This document shows, in pieces, positions 40,504 to 50,875 of a stretch of 64,000 nt of DNA. The position numbers and the translations under genes are program-made. A model generated the notes under the pieces. It was not told where the DNA came from. It made no database searches and saw only the letters and a program-made list of their open reading frames with translations. The first letter of the stretch is position 1; the number at the start of each line of letters is the position of its first letter. The stretch comes from Sphagnum compactum (Eukaryota), in assembly GCA_965153455.1 (NCBI GenBank), contig OZ234493.1:7492213-7556212 (forward strand). The letters are read 5' to 3'.

Positions 40504-41281
40504 ATTATAAACTCTTAACCCTTTCAAGATATTTAAAACCTTCTTTAGTGATTGCATGCCTCCCCAGGAAATATTCCACTCAAGAGTGGGGACAAAAAAA
40601 CTCCATCCTTTGAAACAAACCTTTATTCATCAAAAGAATTAACTCCTCTGAAAAGGAGAAAGTTTTAAATAGCTTCAACCCCCACCCCCCTTTACTCAAC
40701 ATGAGAAATAACCCTTGTGGAAAAGAGAGAAAAAAAGCATCCATTGCTTTCACATAAAAGTCATTTTTCATTATTTCAAGTTGTTCTCAAAGTTGACAAT
40801 GTTTTATCCCAAATCTTTTGTTCAATGTTAAATTTTCAAAAATTATAAACATGGAAATGTCAACCTTATTCACTTCCCTTCAAACCTTGTTTCATAAATG
40901 ATATTGTGTGTTTTTTATTTTATTTTGTTGCTTCAAATATATTTCATTTGTTACAATTTTTTTCAATTCCAAGGTGGAGTTGATTACTTTTTAGTATGCC
41001 TTAGGTGGGCCTTTTACACAAGTTAAATTGCTCTCCATATGCATGTCACATGTTTCAATTGTGTTTAACAGTGTTTTTCTTAGTATGTTTCATTATTTTT
41101 CTTTTTTCTTTTTCAAAAAAAAACATTGAGTAATATGAGAAAGATGAACAGATACATATTTGCTCAATACGAGGAATTTTTTTTCGCCTTTTCTTTCCGG
41201 GCATTTGAGAAAAAAATTAGGCAACTACTTGATGTTTTTTCCTTCCACCTTTGGGAAAAGGAGCATCAAGTGGCTGTTGAA

Positions 41282-42154
41282 GGGTTAATGATGATGTATG
41301 ACATGCACATGCAATTGGATTCATTCAATACAATTAGTCATGGTTCACAATACTAATATGAAAAACAATACATATTAGAGATATCCATAAAGTCACCCTA
41401 TGTTTAGGCCTCCTTTCACCCCCTAACCCTTCTTTTAATGGTATTTGTAAAGTAAGGAAGTTTTTATTAAATCTTAGTATTAAATGCTAAAACTTAATAC
41501 AAAATGTTGAATCTTAGCATTTAATGCATAAGGTTCTAGAGGAATTATAGTAGTTGTGTAAGTAGGAGTAATGAAAATCTATGTAGTAGTAGTGGAGTTG
41601 CCCAAGAAAAAAAAGATAGGGTGAAACTTAGGAACCATGAAAATTGATGGTTTTCTAAGTTTCACCCCCTATTGAATGCTAATGTAATTTTTTATAGGTC
41701 ACCTTGTGTATGACCAAACTTAAGGTACTGGCGCTATCTTTTCCTGACTTTACTTATATCTCTATTGTATGTGTACAAAATTCATTCGTGTTTGGTGTCT
41801 ATGTTTTTGAACAATCTATAAACTATAATTCAACATTTTTAAGAACATTGTCTAATCATCATTTTGGCAGATTTTAATGTTGACATCCTTGAAGGCAATA
41901 ATCATACAAAATATAAACAAGAACTATTAAATTTCATGGAAAAATTTGAATTCAAATCATAACTTAGTGGAAACATCACAAAATCCATATCTCAAGTAGA
42001 CCATATATGGGCAAATGTCTATGGAATTGAATGCAAATATGGTGTAATAGAAGCATATTGACTAGATTTTTTCAAACCAATTTATATTGCATTGAAACTA
42101 ATAAACATACTTCCAATGTATAACAAGAAACCATTAATGTCTCCATTTCTCTAA
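41282..42154 (+). mobile_element. APE-type endonuclease domain remnant of a Helentron-like element, interrupted by MITE copy 2
   Basis: GLMMMYDMHMQLDSFNTI..IHI [MITE] ..IIILADFNVDIL..SQVDHIWANV..EAY*LDFFKPIYIA..PMYNKKPLMSPFL*. Homologous to 49810-50875. Confidence 0.8.
41377..41763. mobile_element. MITE-like non-autonomous TIR element, copy 2 (~387 bp, inverted relative to copy 1, more decayed)
   Basis: Termini are AGAGATATCCATAAAGTCA ... TGACTTTACTTATATCTCT, flanked by ATT/ATT. It is inserted into the endonuclease reading frame. Confidence 0.85.
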
Positions 42155-44529
42155 GGTTTTAATGTGTCTGATTATGTGTGTACATGTTGTTTTTTTCATT
42201 TGGTGACCATTAAATGGTTTCATGTAACGCCATTAGATGTTTCATCATTTATTGCACAAAGCACCTATTGGTCACTAGATACAAAGGGCACCTTATGACC
42301 TAAATTTTATTTATTTAGTTTTTGGAGACCATGACCAAAAAAAAAATTCATATAGCAATCACAAGATGCAAAAACAATTCTAAAGACAAGTTTTCTATCT
42401 AGGTAGCTCACCAATCACAACAACAAAACAATAACAACCACCTCTTATTCAAAACCCTAAACCCAAAATGCACAAAGAAATACATTACATTATTTCATCA
42501 AATCTTCAAACAAGCTACCACTTGTTTCAAGCATCTAGGTATATAATTTTTCATTGCACATAATCAAACCCATTCAAGAAATTTACCTACATTGCAAAAA
42601 GAAAAACTTCGTTTTTCTCATAAAGCTAACAAACTTTTAACCAATTTAACTCAAGAGTTCAAAAGAATCAAAACATTTACATTGCATGTTCTTGTATGAT
42701 TTCATGTAAAACATTATTTTAAGATAAAAGCTTCTTATGGTAGAATTGATTGTTAACTTTTTTTAGGAAAAATATTGGGAACAATTGTTGCATCTTTTAG
42801 TTTCCATGGGGACCATTCACATCAATAATAATAAGAGTTTGGGACTTTTTGGCAATCCTCATTTGGATACTTTAGCAATCTAGATATAGGTGTTTATTTG
42901 TTTGGATGCGATTATTTTGTAACTCAATTTTTTAAAATTATGAGCTGCAGTGCTTACCATATTAGCACCACACCTATTGTTGTCCACATATAAGAACTCC
43001 CTTATAGTGCATCATACGTAAATTGCCCCCAAAATAAAACTCATGTGCAATAAGCAAGAATGCAAGCCCAAAAGATAGAATGAAAATAAAACACACAAAC
43101 CATATGCTAAAAAAACTTCATAAAAACACATGAAAACTTGCAAAGCAAAACATACTATGTTTTGGAATTTAAAAACCCACACCTCAAGATTATATCCCAA
43201 CACCAAATAGCCCAAATTATGTTTACATTTGAACCAATTCTAAGTGAAAACACACTTAATTATGCTAACTTAGCTTAACACTAAACAAATTGTGACTTAA
43301 CCGGGTAACTAAACTAACAATCCTAACAAAACCCCCTTCCTTTGCTCTTGGTACTACCAGAAAGCCCTAAACAAAGTGGTGTGCACATATGTTGTTTGGT
43401 AATTTTTGAATCAATGGAGCAAAAGTTATTAAATTTTGAGTGATTTTTGTGTATGTAAATCAATATAAAGGTTTTAAAATAACTTTTTCACAATTGGGAT
43501 TCAAAAGAATAAAGCTCTCTTCAACTGCAATCCCATAGTAGCTCAACAAATTTGGCACTAATTAAACAATTTTTCAATTTGCCAAAATTTAAAAAAAATA
43601 ATGCATGAAATGCTGAAATTTCAGAATTTAATAATGGGAAGCAAGTCCAAGTCTCATTCACCTTCAAATTAGGCATGTCATACAATGCATAAGAATGAAG
43701 AATTCATGTTAAGGCACATGCAAACAAGAACTAAGAAATATAGCAAATGAATGATGTGCATGAAAATGAATGAAAAATGATTTCTTTCTTTCATTCATGT
43801 TCAAAAATATAAATAATTTTATGATGTATGCCAAAAAAATTGAAAATTAACATCTAATGCACTGAAGTGCATTTAAAAAAATCAAAAAAATTATTTGGTG
43901 CTAAAGTACTGAATCCAATAGTATTGGGATAAGTGAGCTTACAAATGTGAAACAAATATGGAATAGGGGTTTCACATTTCTAAGCGCAACGCCTATTTGA
44001 AATTTGAGTATGGGTTAGGAAGAGAAGGAAAGCCGTTCATATGTTAGCTAGAGAGAGTCTCCACAACACTAATCAATAGGTTTCAACTTTGTCCACTCTC
44101 ACACAAAATGTAAGACAAAAATTTGATGTAACATGCATGCAATTTGCAAATAACGAAGTCAAGTTGAATGCATGGTTGAAGTGTATTATGGAATACGAAT
44201 TCTGGTTGAGGTTCTCATTCAATTTTGTCATATGTGCTACAATTCACAGGCCAGACAAGAATATTAAATCATGATTCCCTGCATTTGTAAGAATGCCTTC
44301 CACCAAGAAATATGATGGACTAAGGACAATCAAACTTCTTGAAATCCATACTCTAAAAATTTCTTGATTCCCTATATTACTTAAGGGTCTAACACCTGAA
44401 AGATCACTCTGTTATGGATTGGTATCAAGATTATAAAGTGAAGTTTTCTGTTGCACATTAAAGTTTTATGCCTTGTGTCTCACTTTGGGGGTTTGGCACT
44501 TTGTCTGTCAATTCAGAATTTGGAGTCTC

Positions 44530-47500
44530 TCATCTGTATATGAAGTTTTGTGCATCTCGTGTTATTTCAAAGCTTGTGAAACTCATTTTGAAGTTTTGTC
44601 CCTCTCCTCTCACTTCTGAGTTTGGTCCCTCCCATCTTACCTTGAAATTTGATGTTTCCCCCTTAAAGTTTGGCACCTCTCTCATGTTGAAGTTTGGAGC
44701 CTCCCTCATTACTTCAAAATTGGGTGCCTCCCGCATCACTACCTGTTGTGCACAAAAAAAAGCATAAACTTGATGTGTAAATTCAGTAGCACTACAGCAG
44801 ACTAGAAATGCAATCCTTCACTACTACAACATCTTACCAAGCATGAGAGATAGACCCATCACCTGTTCTGAACTCATAATATATACCATCCATGGTCAAT
44901 TTGAAGGGGAGTGTGCATTACCTTTTCATCTACTGTTCCTAGCCTTGCTTCAAAGCTGTTCACCACTGCACAGCCAGGCCTTTGATTCAAGCTCAAACAT
45001 CGCCCCAAAAATCCTTTTCTCAGAACTGGCTGTAAACACCAACAGAAACCAAACATATCTATGAGATTGCAGAGAAGTTTTTACAATAAAACTTTGAAGG
45101 CAAAACGACAATGACCTAGAGTGCCTCACAAAGTGTTAGACTATCACCTTCATCATGAATAGCCATGATGAGCTGCCATGACTGGTGTCATGAAACCTGG
45201 TTCAAATGTCCCTTATCTATCACATGATGATGAGGCAAAAGTGATCAAGCAATTTGTGGAAGAAACCAAGGTATGAAGCAAAAATGATCAAGAAATTTAT
45301 GGAACAAACCAAGGATGATTAAGCAAAAACGATCAAGAAATTTATTGGAGAAACCGAGGATGATGAAGCAAAAATGATCAAGAAATTTGTTGAAGAAACC
45401 GAGGATGATGAAGCAAAAATGATCAAGAAATTTGTTGAAGAAACCGAGGATGATGAAGCAAAAATGATCAAGAAATTTGTTGAAGAAACCGAGGATGGTG
45501 AAGCAATTTGTGGAAGAAACCAAGAGATGAAGCAAAAATGATCAAGAAATTTGTTGAAGAACCCAAGGGATGAAGCAAAAATGATCAAGAAATTTGTTGA
45601 AGAACCCAAGGGATGAAGCAAAAATGATCAAGAAATTTGTTGAAGAACCCAATGGATGAAGCAACAATGATCAAGAAATAGTTGAAGAACCCCAAGGGAT
45701 GAAGCATTGGTTTAGGGTTTAGGGTTCAAGGTAGGAGATGCAGCAAGCAGCAGCAACAGGTTTGAGATGTACGTAGAAGAAGGAAGATGAGCAAGAACAA
45801 TGTGGTGTGGGAAGAGGTCTCTAGTGAAGAAGGTAAAGCAATTTGATGAAGAGGAAAAAGCTTGAGGGCATGATGAGAGAGAGTAAGAATGAAGGAGATA
45901 GATGTTTTGTACCAGGCATCTGCATTGAGTACAAGAGTTTTTGGATCTGGACATTGTTTTCTGCTGCTGCTGCCACTGCTGCTTGCTCATCATCATGTTG
46001 GCTGCTGCCTCTTCCACGAGCCTGATGAGAACTTCAGGCGTCTTGTTGTTGTTGTTGGTTTGCAGCCTGCTGCTATTCCTATGACGCTGCTGCTCTAATT
46101 TGGGTCCCCTTTGCAGTTCGATTCTGAACCGTCCGGACCCGTTGTTGATGATGTATTGGTGGGGGAAAGCTTTGGTGGGAATCCGGTGTTGTTGTTCCTT
46201 TTTCTGTAGTTGCTGCTCCTTGGGTTCTTGATCTCCTCCTCCTCCCGGCTCCCAAGAGTATGGGGCGAGCAGCGACGACGGCGTCATACAGTCGTTGCTG
46301 CTGCTGCTGATGCTGGACGTGGAATTGGCTCTTGATCCGTCGCGCATGCCAAACTGCGGGGGCATGGAAAACTCGTGCATGAGGAGGGGACCCACTTCTT
46401 TGGGAAGTCTTCCTCTTCTTACTTGCGAGAATTCGACGCTGCTGTTGTTGTCGCCGAAGACAAAAGAGGAGGCGATGGGTGAGAAGGGAAAGTCCTCCTC
46501 ATCGTCCACAATATCTACCACCTCTTCTTCTTCTTCTTCTTCTTCTGCTCTGTCATAGGCCTCAAAGTCGAGCTTGCCCACACTCGGTATCGATCCCCCT
46601 GACGATTCCCTCTCCCATCTATGCCTGCGGCCATACATATGATCCCCGCTCCTAGTGTACGCAAACACCTCTTTCATCATTGACCCTGTAGCAGCTCTGT
46701 GCGCTTCCCTCGCAGCAGCAATCGGAGCGGCGGCGGCGCACATCCCCCTCGACGACGTCAGAGGAGGCGGCGGCTTTGGTCTTGTCTTGGACAACTTCGT
46801 GAGCTGCGGTGGTGGTACGTCTCTGGGCTTCTTCTGCGCCACTATCGACAGGTTCCACGAGTTGCCGTTTGACGACCAGCGCTCGTGGGTCAAGAGCTGC
46901 TGCTGGGTCTCGTGCATTGTTGCTGCAGGATGGGCGGATGCGCGATGGCTGTCGTCGTCGTCGTCGTCGTCGTCTTCAGGGAATGTTATATGATCAGAAG
47001 AGCCGCCTGAGGCGATGCTAGTCTCGGGCGCGACGTTGTGATCCAGAGTGCTGCTACCGGGTGAGGAGATGATGATGCTCTCGTTCTCGTACTTGAGATC
47101 GTCATCATGATGCTCCTCGTAGTTGTAGTATCCGAAGTTACGTTTCTCTAAAGCTTCCGAGTCCGGAGCTTTCCCGACCCGCTTCCGCATGAACTTCAAC
47201 CCATCGGCGGAAATGTTGAGCCGACTAAGGTTGTCACGCAGAAGAAGAGATCCGCTCGTGGGTCTGCTTTCTGGAGGCGCCGGCAGACTAGCCTGATTGC
47301 AAGTGTCGAAACCGTGGGGGCGCTCGGGCTTCCAGGAATCTGAGCAGACCTGCAGTACGCGCTTGCCATGCTCACGCTCCCATCTAAATGGAGGCGGCGC
47401 ACAGCTGCTTCCCTCCACGGATCGGAACGAGGGAGTTGCGCCGAAGGAGTTCAAGGCACTGGTGTTGTTGGAAGTATTGGAGATGGTGGTCTCGTGGCTG

Positions 47501-47562
47501 AAGAAGAGATTCTCCCTCCTGTCATCGACGTCGCGGGGGCCCATAATGCGCACCACCCCCAT
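44530..47562 (-). CDS. Uncharacterised low-complexity (S/D/E/Q-rich) protein with C-terminal (M/V)REAPNF-like repeats, 3 coding exons, ~656 aa
   Basis: A long GC-rich ORF from ATG 47562 runs to the donor CTG|gtacaa at 45913. Then exon 45029-44922 (tttacag|..AAG|gtaatg) and exon 44742-44530 (caacag|..TGA), all phase 0. The start codon is uncertain because the frame is open ~130 nt further upstream. Confidence 0.7.
45225..45706. repeat. Intronic minisatellite, ~41-45-bp unit, about 11 full or partial copies
   Basis: gatgaagcaaaaatgatcaagaaatttgttgaagaa(a)cc(gaggat/caagg) repeated in tandem. Mixed unit lengths break any + strand frame. Confidence 0.9.
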
Positions 47563-47944
47563 GATGCTCCTCCGCTTTGAGATTTCAATCCGATGAAGTC
47601 TCTGGCCTCTTCCGGGAGCAGCCCCGCTTGGAGGAGAAGGAGGAGTCCCGCTGCAACTTGGAGCTCTGCATGGATCCTCCGCTAAAGCTGGAGCTTAGGA
47701 AATCTAATAACTCTTGGGTGAAGAATATTCGAACTTGGGCAGAATTTCTCCAGAGCTCCTCCTCTTGCTCGGAGTTCTTCATCATCCTCTTGAGACCTGA
47801 GTTGCTAAGCAGCACTGATCTTGGCTCAATTTCCCAAAGCCCAATTGTTTTCTAGACTAGAAGGAGCTGCTGGACACATGCATGTCCTTTAGCACTAACC
47901 AAAGTTCTGCCCAACTGAAGAATGTCTCATGCGTGTAGAAGAAG

Positions 47945-48147
47945 AACAACAACAACAACAACCACAACAAGAAACACCACAGTTAGCAACTGTTGCAACT
48001 GTGCAAAGTGGCTGGTGATGAGCTGCTGTTAGCTTTAATTGCTGATTCTGGCGACTGCTTCACCAACTCCTGCAGGAGATTCATTTTGCAAAGACTACAA
48101 GGACTTCTGGCATACCCACAAACAAAAACAACAACAACAACAACAAC
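47945..48147. repeat. Two (AAC)n microsatellites in the upstream/5' leader region of the uncharacterised gene
   Basis: aacaacaac runs at ~47945-47970 and ~48127-48147. Confidence 0.75.
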
Positions 48148-48816
48148 ATCAACCAGAACACATAGAGCTGCTGCTACTGATGTCCGGGACGTTCCAGAGA
48201 GACCCAAAAAGATGCATGCAAGAACTGCAGCAGCTGAGTCAACTAGCAGAGACAACAAAATAAATAAAAGCATCAAGCTCAAACCTAGTTTTCAAAAACC
48301 CCGTCAGATTCTTCTTCCCAGGTACACTCGGCCCTCCGTCCTCATAAATCTCGACTAGAAACGATCACAAGTCCGTTAACGGATTCTCTTCTCCGCTCCT
48401 GTGTGCACTGATCAACAATGCCTCAAAGCTGCTGCTGCTGCGCACAATTTGAGATTGCAGAATTCTTACAAAAAGCTTTCCAAGATGATGCAGGGACTCG
48501 GCGTTGCTAATCCGGCGGAGCTTAAAGGAAGACTTGGCGCTTTGCTCGCTTTCTTGGCTATTATTCCACCTATTCTTCACTTTCTCCCCTTTCTTCAAAT
48601 AAGAAAAACACAAGCGGCTCTTCCACGAGAGGCTCTCTGTCCTTGAAAAATTACATATAGTAAAGGACGTCGGGATGAAATGAAGCTTTCCATCCATCCA
48701 TCCGTTTAATGTTCTACTATGAACTTGAGTTATATTGGATGAAAATTTGTTGGCCTTGCCTTAGGCCTACCAAGGCAAAGATATTATTGTGTTTAGATTC
48801 ATTATGGAGTATACCC

Positions 48817-49013
48817 TAGTACCTTGGCCAATTCAACATTAATTAATATTATTTTAAGAATTGTTGAAATTTTCAAGAATTATTTCTTCCAAATCAAAAA
48901 AATATTGTGAAGCATAATAGTGAATATTTAGGAATACTCCCATTTTTTGAAATGAAAAGTTTCAAAATTAATTAATTATTCAACGGACATGTGTTGAAAT
49001 GGCCAAGGTACTA
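48817..49013. mobile_element. Small MITE-like element with 22-bp terminal inverted repeats (~197 bp)
   Basis: TAGTACCTTGGCCAATTCAACA (48817-48838) and TGTTGAAATGGCCAAGGTACTA (48992-49013), 1 mismatch, enclose AT-rich DNA. TSD unclear. Confidence 0.65.
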
Positions 49014-49809
49014 ACTATGGTAGTAGCTCAAGGGATTTTGGCCCCTAGGTCCTCTCTCTAAGGTCTCTATTTTTATATGAGGATTTTTGAAAGATGATAT
49101 TTTGGCTTGTGTTGAAATTTGAGATTAGTTCCAGAGGTATAATATTTGGAAGGATTTTGGTTTCTTTTTAGAGGATTTTTTTGAAGATTATATTTTTGCA
49201 TCGTGAAATATTTGAGTTTCGATAATTCTTCTTTTGCCTCAAGATGTTTTTAAAATGTAAATGGCAAGGCCATAGTGTTGACACACCCTCTTGTTAGCTT
49301 TATGAAAGATCATGAAAATACTTTTCTCACATTTGTATTAAGAAATAAATTTTTTTAATCTTCTTTGAATTTATTGTGAATATTTGAAAATTGAAACCAT
49401 AGTTTTTATTTCTTTCTTTTAACCATACAAATGAATATAAAATTGTAAATAATCATATTGTTTAAGAAAATGCAAGTTTTTCAAAGTTGAATAATGTAAG
49501 CAATTTTTAGCAATGTGCATGAGATATTTCGATGTTTGAAACAAACATCAATATCGAATGGATATAATTTAGATGAAAAGATTTTCATTCTTAGTCTCAT
49601 TTTCATTTTTAAGTTTGACAATTTGACAATTCTTATATTTGTTTTTATCACATTTTGAATTTAGGGCTTTCTGTGAAAGGTGTTTTGTTATTGTGTTTGA
49701 TGGGTGTATGTGGATAAAAAAATCATCCAAATTTTTGTTTGTTTTGTTATTGATGTTTATGGTTATTTCTTTTCACATGGTCAATGAAAAAAAGAAGTAA
49801 AAATACAAA

Positions 49810-50043
49810 TTTAAGCCAAACTATTAAATTTCATTCCAATTAATTTCACAATTTAGTGAAAGCATCACAAAAGTTTGATGCCAATTAGAGCATATATGGG
49901 CGAATGTCCTTAGAAATGAATGCAAATTTGGTGTAATAGAAGCATATTGGTCAAATTTTCACAAATCGATTTATATTGCATTCAAATTATCAAACGCATT
50001 TCCAATGTATAACAAAAAACCATTAATGTCTCCATTTATTTAA
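49810..50043 (+). mobile_element. C-terminal tail of Helentron-like endonuclease (inverted segment)
   Basis: ..QLEHIWANVLRNECKFGVIEAYWSNFHKSIYIAFKLSNAFPMYNKKPLMSPFI*, near-collinear with ~41925-42154. Confidence 0.8.
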
Positions 50044-50104
50044 AGTGTAATGTTTGTAATTATATGCATGTAAATGTTGCATTTTCCACTTAATTAATTA
50101 CTCC

Positions 50105-50875
50105 CAAAATGTTGGCAGTTTGGTTATTGTCTTTTAAAATGTCAACATTAAAGTCTCCCATAATGATAATTGGACAATGTTTGGGAGAATGTTGAATTAT
50201 AGTTTGAAAAATTGTTTAGGAATATAAACATGAATGAATTTTATACACACATATAGTATGTATTACTTTTTATGTATTAGTATTAAAAGTTGTTGCTATA
50301 TATTCTGAACTATCACTAATTGTATTGAAAGAATTTAAGTGCATGTGTATGTCATACATCATCATTAACCCATGACTGTCATGGATTGAAATACATAAAT
50401 ACTTTGATGAATTTGTAAATTTGTGCACATTTATTGATGCATCATGTATTCGTGTTTCTATAAAACATAAGATCTGACACATTTGAGGGTTATGATTATG
50501 ATAGATGTATTCATAATGTTGGTGTAAAGAAGTTGTATTCAAGGTTTGTATAATTACATGATAATTATGTAAGTTTTTAAATTGAGGAATTAGTGGTATT
50601 CAAGTTGCAATTGTTTTCAATCTAGTCATTTTTATATGTACTTTTGGATCCACATAAAAAATTTCATGTTGGACAGGAGCTAACATTTTTATTTATTTTT
50701 TGTTTGGATGCAAGATAATGCTAAATATATTGACCCATTTAAAAAATGTTAGTGTGATCAAAAACCAATTCATCTAGTGATAATGATGGATGGTTCTTAT
50801 TGTTGCAAGTTGAATTGAAAATTGAATCCTTGTTATGATAAATAATTGGGATGCACCAACTTTTCTATCTTTAAT
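50105..50875 (-). mobile_element. PIF1 helicase C-terminus fused to APE-type endonuclease: Helentron/endonuclease-bearing Helitron remnant
   Basis: TRIQFSIQLATIRTIH..LSLDELVFD..GSIYLALSCI matches PIF1 RxQFPLxLAxAxTIHKSQG and GQxYVALSR. It is followed by LNTTSLHQH, ILCFIETRI, HGLMMMY, ICVYK and IIMGDFNVDI (exonuclease/endonuclease/phosphatase-fold motifs). Stops and frameshifts are present. Confidence 0.82.

Noticed and set aside
45225..45706. Tandem repeat as CRISPR-like array or DDEAKMIKKFVEETE repeat protein
   Set aside because: There are no unique spacers, the context is eukaryotic, and mixed unit lengths shift the frame. It is a minisatellite.
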